A DNA stretch of 64,000 bases from Clostridia bacterium (GCA_016278615.1 JADQBM010000054.1:23104-87103), one strand, 5' to 3'; positions 8,988-18,239 are shown, counted from the first letter of the stretch. Notes: a model not told the origin generated them from the letters alone. Numbers and translations: made by a program.

Positions 8988-10169
8988 ATGATAAAAAGTA
9001 TTAGTAATAGTGATATGTCCCAAAAACTAAATCATAGGTTTTCAGAAGAACTGATAGAAGGTGACAAAGAAATAAAGATGGAATATTTTAAGAATTATGT
9101 TGTTGAACATAAGTTTTTAGAAAATGCTATTATTGATACAATAGGTTCTCTTACAAACCATGTTTCTGAAAGTTTAGTTTTTGTATGTGGTCCATCAGGT
9201 GTTGGAAAAAAAGAGCTTATTAGGGGAGTCACAAAAAGACTAAATAGTATGGCAGAGAAAAAAATCATAGAAAATCCAGGATGCATTCCTGTAGTACAAG
9301 TTGAGGCTTTAGCACCACAACAAGGTAGTTTTAATTTTAATAACTTATATAAAAGTATACTAAAAACCATGAATGAGGTATTGCTAAATTCTAAAATATC
9401 GTATAGTGATATAACAAGTGTTGATTCACTTGGACAAAGCATTACTTTATCAAAGGTACAAAAGGCTGAATATCATGAGGTGCTACAAAATGCATTAAGA
9501 TATAGAGATGTAATGGCTTTAATAATTAATGAAGCACACCATATGTTAAGAATATCAGGCAGTAAAAAATTCAACTGGTCAATAGATTTATTAAAATCAC
9601 TAACGAATGAAAGCCAAACGCCCATTGTTTTAGTTGGGACTTATGCACTAGCTTCGTACTTAGTAGATTTTGAAAGTGTGATAACTGATCAAATAAATCA
9701 AAGGGCTAGAATAATAAATTTTCCTCGATATAGACAAGATGTAGTAGAAGAGGTAGATGTTTTTTTAAAAACTGCAAAGAAGCTTTTGCTAAATATGCCC
9801 CTTGAGAAAACATCAGAACATCTTATAGATAAGGACTGGAGATATTTTTACAAGTATTCTTTAGGTTGCATTGGAACGTTAAAAAATTGGCTTATGCGGG
9901 CCTATTCAGTTGCTTTAGATTCTCAATCAAAAACTCTAAAAAAAGAACATTTAGATCAAACAAAGATTACAGGCTTAAGGAGTTCGGGAATGCTTAATAG
10001 CATTATTGAAGGTGAAAGAACTATGGAAAGTATACTTTCAGAAGGGGACATAAGTATAAAATTAGGTTTTGGTAAAACAAAGGAGAAAACTGAAAACAGT
10101 ACAGACACCCAAACTAATAAAACAACAAAGCCATTCGAGAGAAAATCTAAAAGGGATGCAGTAAGATAA
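8988..10169 (+). CDS. tnsC: TnsC/TniB-like AAA+ transposition ATPase
   Basis: P-loop VCGPSGVGKKEL and Walker B-like ALIINEAHH. It sits directly after the transposase, as in Tn7/Tn5053-type operons. Confidence 0.7.
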   Translation: MIKSISNSDMSQKLNHRFSEELIEGDKEIKMEYFKNYVVEHKFLENAIIDTIGSLTNHVSESLVFVCGPSGVGKKELIRGVTKRLNSMAEKKIIENPGCIPVVQVEALAPQQGSFNFNNLYKSILKTMNEVLLNSKISYSDITSVDSLGQSITLSKVQKAEYHEVLQNALRYRDVMALIINEAHHMLRISGSKKFNWSIDLLKSLTNESQTPIVLVGTYALASYLVDFESVITDQINQRARIINFPRYRQDVVEEVDVFLKTAKKLLLNMPLEKTSEHLIDKDWRYFYKYSLGCIGTLKNWLMRAYSVALDSQSKTLKKEHLDQTKITGLRSSGMLNSIIEGERTMESILSEGDISIKLGFGKTKEKTENSTDTQTNKTTKPFERKSKRDAVR

Positions 10170-10213
10170 ATATATAAAAAAGATAGAAACAAGAGAAACA
10201 AGGGGGAATTTAT

Positions 10214-11512
10214 TTGGATTTATTTTCATATAACGAGATAAGTTCTTTATATCATGTTAAACCAATAGGTATAGGAACGGCTAATGTCGAGAGCCTTTCA
10301 GGATATATGAAAAGGTTAGCAGAAGCGTATATGGTTTCAGTTGGAATTTTAATAAGAAAAGTGATAATTCCTAATATAAATAGGGATTATTTAAGAGTAG
10401 ATGATTTTGCAGGAAATTATAGCAATAACATAAATACGCTATCATCAGACATATCAAAAGCTGTGGTTAAAATTCTTGAAACAAGAACATATAATGACAA
10501 TCTTATATTTTTAACTATGGGTATATGGAGAGATTTTTTGCATCCTAGAAAAATGTTTCGAGAATATCATGCATGGTGTCCAATTTGTTACGAAGAAAGA
10601 TTACAGAGAGGGGCACCTATATATGAAGAATTAATATGGAACTTTAATGATGTAGAAACATGCATAAAGCATCAAGTAAAATTAGTGCAGATTTGTCCTT
10701 ATTGTAACTGTCGGATGAAAATATTAAGTTCCTTATCACGAGTGGGATATTGTGATAAGTGTAATTCTTGGTTAGGCTTAAAAAGCTACAAGAGTGATAT
10801 AGTTACGGAAGAAACAAAAGAATGGGATAACTGGGTTTATAAAAATGTTGGACAGCTACTTTCAGACGCGCCAACTTTTTGTTTTAAAAAAAATGATCAA
10901 TTTAGAGATAATTTAAATGAGTTTCTTAAAGTTAAATATGTATCCCAATACAAACTTGCACGAGTATTAAAGATTTCTAAAAGTGTAATTCAAGGATGGA
11001 TTGCTGGCAATAAACCAACTCTATCAAGCATATTGAAACTATCCTATATATCAGGGTATTCAGTAAGAGAATTGCTTACAGAAGATATTAAACCTTTAGG
11101 ACAAGTTTTTAAAAAGAAAATTGTGCGAAAAGACAATATCAAGAACAACATTGATAAAGAAAAGATTAAAATTGAATTACATAAAGCAATTGAATTAAAT
11201 AATGGTCTGTCTTTATCAAAGTTTTGTCAACATAATGGTATAGTACCAAGAACAGTAAAAAAACATTTTCCTAAAGAGACAAAAAAATTACTAGATAATT
11301 ATAATGAATATAAAAAGAACTGCAAAATAGAAAGACATAATTTTATAATTAGCACAATGCATAATCTTCACAATAGAGGTATATATCCAGGAAGAAAAGC
11401 ATTAATAAAAGAAACTGGTAAAAACCTTGTATTAAGTAGTCAAGATAGAGAAATATGGACAAGAACATTAAAAGTATTAGGCTATAATATTAGATATTAT
11501 AATAAGATATAA
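10214..11512 (+). CDS. tniQ: TniQ/TnsD-like transposition target-selection protein, paralog 2
   Basis: TTG start after SD AAGGGGGA. WCPICYEE, CPYCNCRM and YCDKCNSWLG zinc-ribbon pairs. HTH-like SKSVIQGWIAGNKPTL. Confidence 0.75.
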   Translation: MDLFSYNEISSLYHVKPIGIGTANVESLSGYMKRLAEAYMVSVGILIRKVIIPNINRDYLRVDDFAGNYSNNINTLSSDISKAVVKILETRTYNDNLIFLTMGIWRDFLHPRKMFREYHAWCPICYEERLQRGAPIYEELIWNFNDVETCIKHQVKLVQICPYCNCRMKILSSLSRVGYCDKCNSWLGLKSYKSDIVTEETKEWDNWVYKNVGQLLSDAPTFCFKKNDQFRDNLNEFLKVKYVSQYKLARVLKISKSVIQGWIAGNKPTLSSILKLSYISGYSVRELLTEDIKPLGQVFKKKIVRKDNIKNNIDKEKIKIELHKAIELNNGLSLSKFCQHNGIVPRTVKKHFPKETKKLLDNYNEYKKNCKIERHNFIISTMHNLHNRGIYPGRKALIKETGKNLVLSSQDREIWTRTLKVLGYNIRYYNKI

Positions 11513-11789
11513 TTGCACGGAAATTAGTGATTAAGTATACAGAAAATTTTTAAACCAAAAACAAAATCCTTATTACATTTATAGTAATGTGGATTTATAA
11601 TTTTGTTATATAATATGGTAAAATATTGATGTGTTAGATAATTTATCTTATAATGATGTTTAATTTCATTGTGTTACTCGTTATTGTTTTGTAAAATATA
11701 ATTAAGAAAAGTATGGACAATTTCTAGAGATGTCAAAAGTCTCTGGATTATAGATATAGAAAAAAGAAATGAATACAGGAGGACACCCC

Positions 11790-13370
11790 GTGCCAACATT
11801 AAACTGGATAGGAAAAGAAAAGGTAATTAATCATCATTTAGATGTACCATATAGAGTGTTAGACCGTAAATACAGTTTTGATGAAAACGGACAACATAAA
11901 GAGGATAATGTTAGTGAAAATAAGATTATTCGTGGTGACAATTTGGAGGCATTAAAAGCACTTTTACCACAGTACGAAGGTAAAGTTAAGTGTATTTACA
12001 TAGACCCACCATATAATACAGGCGAAGAAAAATGGATATATAATGATAATGTAAATGACTATAAATTAAAAAAATGGCTTGGTGAAGTTGTGGGAAAAGA
12101 AGGAGAAGATTTATCAAGACATGATAAGTGGCTTTGTATGATGTATCCACGTTTAAAATTATTACATAAATTATTAGATAAAATAAATGGTGTTATTTTT
12201 ATTTCGATAGATGAAAATGAATTTGCTAATCTAAAACTTATTTGTAATGAAATCTTTGGTAGTAATAAACATATTGCAACGATAGCTTGGCAAAAAAGAT
12301 ATTCACGAGAAAATAGAGAAGCAATTGGAGACGCTCATGAGTATATTTTAATCTATGCTATGGATAAAAAACAATTTAAGGAAAATAGACATTTAGTACC
12401 TATGAATGAAAAACAAGCAAAAGTATACAAAAATTCTAATAATGATCCTAAAGGAAGATGGAGACCAATACCTATGACTGCACAAGCAGGACATGCTACA
12501 AAAGATCAGTTCTATCCAATTGTAGCACCAAAAGGAGAGATTCATTATCCTCCTGAAGGTAGATGTTGGAGTATGATGGAAGATACATTTAATGAGCTTC
12601 TTTCACAAGGCAGAATTTATTTTGGTAAAAACGAAAATTCGCAGCCAAATGTTATTAGATACTTGTCAGAAGTTGATGGGGTTGTTCCTTGGACATGGTG
12701 GCCCCACGAAGAAGTTGGACATACAGATGGTGCAAAAAAAGAAATCTACTCAATTCTAGGAAAAAAAGTTGCTTTTGATACTCCAAAGCCAGTTACATTA
12801 ATAATGAGAATTATTCAAATGATAACTGATAAAAATGATATTATACTTGACAGTTTTGCTGGAACAGGTACAACCGCACATGCAGTTTTGAATATTAACA
12901 AAGCAGATGAAGGCAATCGCAAATTTATATTAGTTGAAATGGAAGATTATGTTGAAAGCATAACTGCTGAACGTGTAAAACGCATTATTAACGGTTCTAG
13001 TGATTTTGAAGGTACTGGTGGGAGTTTCAGCTTTTATGATTTAGGAGAACCACTTTTAACTGAAAATCAAAATTTGAACGAAAATATTTCTGTTGATAAA
13101 ATTAGAGAATATATTTATTTTATGGAAACTAAGGCAATCTTACCGAGAAATAATGAGAAATATTATCTTGATACATATAACAATACAGCATACTATTTCT
13201 TTTATGAAAAAGATAAAGTTACAACTTTAAATTATGAATTTTTAAAGACAATTAAAGTTACAGCAGAAAATTATGTTATTTATTCAGATATTTGTTCTTT
13301 AAGTGAAGATGAACTATTAAAATATCATATCACGTTTAAAAAAATTCCACGTGATATAGCTAGACTGTAG
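11790..13370 (+). CDS. mod: Type III restriction-modification methyltransferase (Mod)
   Basis: IYIDPPYNTG (DPPY catalytic motif) and DSFAGTGTTAHAV (SAM-binding motif I). GTG 11790 lies 7 nt after SD AGGAGG (11777-11782). The in-frame ATG at 11769 has no SD. Confidence 0.85.
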   Translation: MPTLNWIGKEKVINHHLDVPYRVLDRKYSFDENGQHKEDNVSENKIIRGDNLEALKALLPQYEGKVKCIYIDPPYNTGEEKWIYNDNVNDYKLKKWLGEVVGKEGEDLSRHDKWLCMMYPRLKLLHKLLDKINGVIFISIDENEFANLKLICNEIFGSNKHIATIAWQKRYSRENREAIGDAHEYILIYAMDKKQFKENRHLVPMNEKQAKVYKNSNNDPKGRWRPIPMTAQAGHATKDQFYPIVAPKGEIHYPPEGRCWSMMEDTFNELLSQGRIYFGKNENSQPNVIRYLSEVDGVVPWTWWPHEEVGHTDGAKKEIYSILGKKVAFDTPKPVTLIMRIIQMITDKNDIILDSFAGTGTTAHAVLNINKADEGNRKFILVEMEDYVESITAERVKRIINGSSDFEGTGGSFSFYDLGEPLLTENQNLNENISVDKIREYIYFMETKAILPRNNEKYYLDTYNNTAYYFFYEKDKVTTLNYEFLKTIKVTAENYVIYSDICSLSEDELLKYHITFKKIPRDIARL

Positions 13371-13381
13371 GTGGTGACAAA

Positions 13382-15979
13382 ATGGAGTTAAAAAAATATC
13401 AAAAACAAGTACTAAAAGACCTTACAGATTATCTAAGAGTTTTAAATGAGACTTATGATTTAAACACGTCCTACATTAAGTACTGGGAAAATAAAGATGT
13501 TAAGGTTGGTTTGGGGGGGTTACCTAACTATAAAGATACAATAAGTAGAACACCAAATATTTGCTTTAAAGTGCCAACAGGTGGAGGAAAAACATTTATT
13601 GCGTCTGCATCGCTAAAGCTTTTTTTTGATCATATGTCGTTATCGAAATCAAAGGTTGTTGCTTGGCTTGTTCCATCAAATGCAATACTAGAACAAACAA
13701 TTCGCACTTTGAGCGATGTAACTCACCCTTATAGACAAAAAATTGAGTTGGATTTTAACGGCAGAGTTGAGGTGTTGGCTAAAGAGCAACTACTAAATGG
13801 GCAAAGCTTTAATCCTACTTCTATAAAGGAACAACTTACTATTTGTGTTCTTAGTTACGATTCTATCCGTAGTAATAAAAAAGAGGGTAGAAAAGTCTAC
13901 CAGCAAAATAGCCAATTGGCACCGTTTGAAGTATTTTATAAAACTCCTGAAACTTTGATTGAAAATGTAGACAATACGGCACTAATTCAAGTTTTAAATC
14001 AGTTATCGCCTATTGTGGTTGTTGATGAAAGCCATAATGCGGAATCTGATTTAAGTGTTGAAATGATTAAGAATCTTAATCCATCATTTGTGCTTGATTT
14101 GACTGCGACACCGAAAAAGAATAGTAATATTATTTCTTATGTTGATGCTAGAGAACTAAAAAAAGAGAATATGGTCAAATTACCTGTTGTCGTGTATAAC
14201 CGTAATAGCAAGCAAGATGTTGTATCAGATGCAATACATCTTCGCGAAAATCTTGAAAAACAAGCCCTAGAGAAAGAAGTACAAACAGGAACATATATAC
14301 GCCCAATTGTTCTTTTTCAAGCTCAGCCAAAAGGAAAAGAGGATAATGCAACTTTTGAAAAGTTAAAGGAAGAATTAATTGGACTTGGGATACCAAAAGA
14401 ACAAATAGCTATAAAAACATCAAATATAAATGAAATTAAAGGTACTGACTTAATAAGTAGAGATTGCGAAGTAAGATATATTATCACGGTAAATGCTTTA
14501 AAGGAAGGTTGGGACTGTTCTTTCGCATATATTCTCGCTACACTTGCCAATAAAACTTCAAAAGTTGATGTGGAGCAAATTTTAGGTCGTGTATTGCGGT
14601 TACCATATGCAACAAAACATAAAAGCTCTGCTCTTAATTTGGCATACGTTTTAACCTGCTCAAATGATTTTAGAGATACACTTGAGAATATCGTAAAGGG
14701 TTTAAATAAAGCAGGATTTAGTAAAAAAGATTGTAGAATTGGTGAAATCGTAGGAAGTGAGATAGAACAACCACAATATGCTCAAGAAGAACAATTATCT
14801 ATAAAAGAAAGTAATGTGAAAGAAGAATTCTTGGACATTGATTTTAATATAGTTAAAGAAAATATCGAAACTTTAAAAGACAAAATTAATAAAGATAATA
14901 TTTCTGAAATGATAGAAATTGCTATAAAACAAAATGAAGAGTATGAAAGTAAGATAAAAAAATTTGAAGCAGAAGGTTTTTTTGGAGGTGAGATTGGTGG
15001 ATTTATGAATCAGTATAAAATGAATGAGCAGTATAAAAATTCAATGAATATTCTTCCGCAGTTTGTCCATAAGGAAGCGGTGCCTCTATTGGGAATAGCT
15101 GAATCTGTTTTGCTTACAAAAGAGTATTTGAATGATGGGTTCACACTTGCTGATAAGGACGCACAAATTAATCTTCAACTATCGACTAATGATGTATATA
15201 AAGTTGATATTTCTGTAAACGGTGAAGCTGTTCCTAAATATCAAAAAGCAACGGAAAAAGAAAGTAAATATTTCAAAGAATATTTTGACACATTGCCAAG
15301 TGAAAGTAAAATTAAAATATGTAAAGACATGTTATATCAACAGCTTAATAAATCTGATAGCACGGTTTCGATGGATTTGCGTAACTATATAGATAGAATT
15401 GTAGATAATATGACAAAAGATGAATTAGCTGTGCTTGAAACATCTATTACTACCTATTCAAGAAAGATAAAAGAAAAAATCGATCAATTACAACTTGAAT
15501 ATAGAGAAAAACAATTCAAAAAGATGATCGATACAGGCGAAATTATATGTGAGCCGTATTATAGTTTGCCTATGGTTATTTGTCCTGTTAATAGTATTGA
15601 TTCTATTCCTAATTCATTATATGAAGCAGAAGGCGATATAAATGATTTTGAACATCAAGTTATTACGGAAATTTCAGGTCTTGAAAATATTTTGTGGTGG
15701 CATAGAATCATTGATCGCAAAGGTTTTTGTTTAAATGGCTTTATCAATCATTATGCTGACTTTATGATTATGACTAAAAATGGTACACTCGTTATAATAG
15801 AGACAAAAGGAGATTATCTTGATAATACAGACAGTAAGCAAAAATTGTTGCTGGGCAAACTATGGCAGGCAAATGCAGGTAATGGCTATAAGTATTTTAT
15901 GGTATTTAATAATAAAGACTTAAAACTTGACGGAGCTTATGTATTAGATGAATTTATAGGCGTGATAAAGAAGTTATAG
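13382..15979 (+). CDS. res: Type III restriction enzyme Res subunit (SF2 helicase plus PD-(D/E)xK nuclease)
   Basis: Helicase motifs FKVPTGGGKTFIA (I), VVVDESHNA (II), LDLTATP (III), QILGRVLRLP (VI). C-terminal ADFMIMTKNGTLVIIETKG is a nuclease motif. Confidence 0.85.
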   Translation: MELKKYQKQVLKDLTDYLRVLNETYDLNTSYIKYWENKDVKVGLGGLPNYKDTISRTPNICFKVPTGGGKTFIASASLKLFFDHMSLSKSKVVAWLVPSNAILEQTIRTLSDVTHPYRQKIELDFNGRVEVLAKEQLLNGQSFNPTSIKEQLTICVLSYDSIRSNKKEGRKVYQQNSQLAPFEVFYKTPETLIENVDNTALIQVLNQLSPIVVVDESHNAESDLSVEMIKNLNPSFVLDLTATPKKNSNIISYVDARELKKENMVKLPVVVYNRNSKQDVVSDAIHLRENLEKQALEKEVQTGTYIRPIVLFQAQPKGKEDNATFEKLKEELIGLGIPKEQIAIKTSNINEIKGTDLISRDCEVRYIITVNALKEGWDCSFAYILATLANKTSKVDVEQILGRVLRLPYATKHKSSALNLAYVLTCSNDFRDTLENIVKGLNKAGFSKKDCRIGEIVGSEIEQPQYAQEEQLSIKESNVKEEFLDIDFNIVKENIETLKDKINKDNISEMIEIAIKQNEEYESKIKKFEAEGFFGGEIGGFMNQYKMNEQYKNSMNILPQFVHKEAVPLLGIAESVLLTKEYLNDGFTLADKDAQINLQLSTNDVYKVDISVNGEAVPKYQKATEKESKYFKEYFDTLPSESKIKICKDMLYQQLNKSDSTVSMDLRNYIDRIVDNMTKDELAVLETSITTYSRKIKEKIDQLQLEYREKQFKKMIDTGEIICEPYYSLPMVICPVNSIDSIPNSLYEAEGDINDFEHQVITEISGLENILWWHRIIDRKGFCLNGFINHYADFMIMTKNGTLVIIETKGDYLDNTDSKQKLLLGKLWQANAGNGYKYFMVFNNKDLKLDGAYVLDEFIGVIKKL

Positions 15980-16065
15980 AGAAATATACATTTTGTGAAG
16001 TTGAAAAATATAATTAATAGTCTGGTCTTAAGTAGGGTGAAGTGGTAAAGCTTAATCCTTAACAT

Positions 16066-16192
16066 TGTTTTGAATTCAAGGAAAATTTATAGTTCTTTTT
16101 TGAATTGAAGGAAAAATTATGATTCCAAATGCAAAAAAGTTATCCTCCTAAAAGATTGATTTTAGGAGGATTTTTTGAAAAGTTATGGTTCC
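16066..16192. repeat. Three direct repeats, candidate transposase-binding sites of a Tn7-like end
   Basis: TTTTGAATTCAAGGAAAATTTATAGTTC (16068-16095), TTTTGAATTGAAGGAAAAATTATGATTCC (16097-16126) and the shortened TTTTGAAAAGTTATGGTTCC (16173-16192). All three are in the same orientation. Confidence 0.35.
16143..16176 (+). terminator. Rho-independent terminator downstream of res
   Basis: TCCTCCTAAAA / TTTTAGGAGGA perfect 11-bp stem with loop GATTGA, then TTTTTT. Confidence 0.75.
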
Positions 16193-16222
16193 AAAAGAAG
16201 AAAACTTATAAGAATTGCCACA

Positions 16223-16830
16223 GACGCAGAGGGAGCAAGGAGGGAGAGCATCTCCCTCGTTAAGAGACTGATGTTGTCAGTCGGAGTTCCTCTTCAGGGG
16301 TGACAGGCAGAATACTTTCTGCCGCCAAGAGGGGACAGAGTCCCCTATGGAGAGCGCCAGCGACAGGAGGTTGTTCGAATCATCTCGGGAGTGCCAGAAG
16401 CAATCCTCGTTTTCCTTGGATTTTCAAGGAAGATGAGGATTTTTGTGTTCAAGAGAACTTGCAGTTGATTACGAGTAGTTATAGATTCCGTCCTTGTGAC
16501 TGCCTGGGGGTGACAGGCAGAATACTTTCTGCGGCCAAGAGACTTAAATGGGCAGAGCCCGGGGACATTCCTCAAAGAAATTCACCGTCTTGTAGAGGTG
16601 TGTCCCATTTCCTTATAAGAGCGCCAGCGACAGGAGGTTGTTCGAATCATCTTGAAGCCCTAGCTCAAATCTCTGATTTGATGTGCAGGTCTCATGCAAC
16701 ACGAAAAGTGGAACTCTCCAATCTTTGATTGGAAAGAGTTGCCATTCGCAACGAAACAGAAATTTTAGATTTCGTTGTTGAGACTGTGTAAATCTTAGAT
16801 TTCGTCTTCGTGACTGCCTAGAGTGCCAAA
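16223..16830. repeat. GC-richer mosaic repeat region built of hairpin words with internal duplications
   Basis: GGGGTGACAGGCAGAATACTTTCTGC(C/G)GCCAAGAG occurs at 16297-16331 and 16507-16541. AGAGCGCCAGCGACAGGAGGTTGTTCGAATCATCT occurs at 16351-16385 and 16618-16652. The segment 16652-16757 is related to units at 58751-58957 and 62025-62125. Confidence 0.8.
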
Positions 16831-16872
16831 AGCAAAAACCCTTAGTTTTCACTGGAGGTTCTTGCTTTTTTA
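16831..16872. terminator. Bidirectional hairpin terminator (serves the thioesterase gene on the minus strand)
   Basis: AGCAAAAACC / GGTTCTTGCT stem (one mismatch) with T-runs on both strands. Confidence 0.55.
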
Positions 16873-16893
16873 AGAGATAAATGAAACCCAGAA

Positions 16894-17313
16894 CTACCTC
16901 AAATTCTTAGCAAACTCTCTAAGTTTTAACTCTTTTTCATCTATGGGAGCAGGGAGAGTAATATGGTGAGATTGTTTCTTTCCTTCATGATCAACACAGA
17001 CAAATGAAACATAACCATCTGTTAAAACAAGGTTTTCGTTATTTCTTGTAGAATAAGTATAAACAGTCAAGCTTGTTCTTCCAGCATAAACTACTTTAGA
17101 TTGAAGAAATAGCAGATTGCCTCTTTCGATAGGTTGTGGAAATTCCATGCCATGAATTTTAATACAGACAATATTCCCAGGATCACCATATAGAGCTGCT
17201 GCGGCGATAAAAGAAGCTTCTACAAACCATTCAGCCATTCTACCTGCAAAGAGGGTTCCGTGGTGGTTCAGGTCTTCCGATTTAATTAGATGTGTACAAA
17301 CATATTCTTTCAT
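16894..17313 (-). CDS. Acyl-CoA thioesterase (hotdog fold)
   Basis: LNHHGTLFAGRMAEWFVEASFIAA is typical of acyl-CoA hydrolases. The start is set at MKEYVC, after SD GAGAGGAA. The track start at 17355 adds 14 unsupported residues. Confidence 0.7.
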   Translation of the reverse strand: MKEYVCTHLIKSEDLNHHGTLFAGRMAEWFVEASFIAAAALYGDPGNIVCIKIHGMEFPQPIERGNLLFLQSKVVYAGRTSLTVYTYSTRNNENLVLTDGYVSFVCVDHEGKKQSHHITLPAPIDEKELKLREFAKNLR

Positions 17314-17518
17314 GGTATTCCTCTCTTTTTTAATAATAAAACTAAGATAAAACAATTATAACATACATATTTATGATGATTTAATGAACAAATCAAAAAG
17401 TTTAGATGATAAAAAATCTAGATAACAGGAAAAGTTTACGCTGTATACAGAGAAATCTGTAAACGATATAATAGAAATATCTTATAATTCTATTACTTAT
17501 ATAAAAAGGGCTGATTAC

Positions 17519-18166
17519 ATGATAGAGAATCTCAAAGATTTTGTAGAAGAACTGGCATCGATAAAGGTAACACCGAACGTATATAATCAGTATTCATATG
17601 GACACCAAGAAAATTATATAAGAAGAGATAATCTCTTAACTTATTTAATTCAAATGTATAAATTAAAGCCAAGAGTTATACTTGTAGGTGAAGCGCCTGG
17701 ATACAGAGGGTGTCGTCTTACAGGAGTTCCCTTTACAAGTGAACATTTACTTATGAATAATATGGAGGGACTCTACCTATTTGGCAAGGAAAATGGATAT
17801 AGACTAGTCTTAGAGAAGGAAAAGAACCTTAAAGAAGCAACGGCTACTATCATATGGAGTACCCTTATAGAACACGATATATTGCCACTATCCTGGAATG
17901 CTTTTCCCTTTCATCCCTATAGAAAAGGTAATAAAGAAAGTAATAGAACGCCTCTGAAAAAAGAGCTTCTATTAGGTGGCAAGCCTCTTCATAAATTAAT
18001 TAAAATGTTTAATATTGAAACAGTTATTGCGGTCGGAAATAAAGCTGAAGAGAGTCTTCATAATCTTGGTTTAAGTTGTAAGAAAGTAAGGCATCCTGCT
18101 CAGGGTGGAAAAAATGAATTTGTTAAGGGTATAAAAGAGATTAAAGAAGGGCTTTTAAGTCAATAG
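17519..18166 (+). CDS. Uracil-DNA glycosylase superfamily protein (family 4/5-like)
   Basis: Motif A GEAPGYRGCRLTGVPFTSE and C-terminal motif B VRHPAQGG. Confidence 0.65.
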   Translation: MIENLKDFVEELASIKVTPNVYNQYSYGHQENYIRRDNLLTYLIQMYKLKPRVILVGEAPGYRGCRLTGVPFTSEHLLMNNMEGLYLFGKENGYRLVLEKEKNLKEATATIIWSTLIEHDILPLSWNAFPFHPYRKGNKESNRTPLKKELLLGGKPLHKLIKMFNIETVIAVGNKAEESLHNLGLSCKKVRHPAQGGKNEFVKGIKEIKEGLLSQ

Positions 18167-18239
18167 TGTTCATTGAATATGAGGAGACTTAATATGAAAT
18201 AGTGCAAACAGGATTTCATTTTAGCGGTATTAGTGATAG

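Larger units (their letters stand above)
4738..16222 (+). mobile_element. Tn7-like transposon segment (tniQ, tnsAB, tnsC, tniQ, type III R-M cargo); right boundary proposed near 16222, left boundary unresolved and possibly beyond base 1
   Basis: The gene content is stated above. A candidate terminal ...TTGCCACA lies at 16215-16222 (Tn7-family ends finish in ACA). Backbone-type mosaic repeats start immediately after it. I found no inverted copy of the end repeats at 4639-4760 or 6064-6272. Confidence 0.45.

Noticed and set aside
16351-16385. tRNA-like T-loop sequence GGTTGTTCGAATC in a repeated word (also at 16618-16652)
   Set aside because: There are no complementary T-stem arms and no acceptor or anticodon stems, so it cannot fold as a cloverleaf. 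I found no tRNA or rRNA genes in the window.
16300-16852. ORFs 16300-16728 (+), 16345-16575 (-) and 16613-16852 (-)
   Set aside because: They lie entirely within the non-coding repeat region. Their translations just repeat the DNA duplications. They have no SD and overlap one another on both strands.
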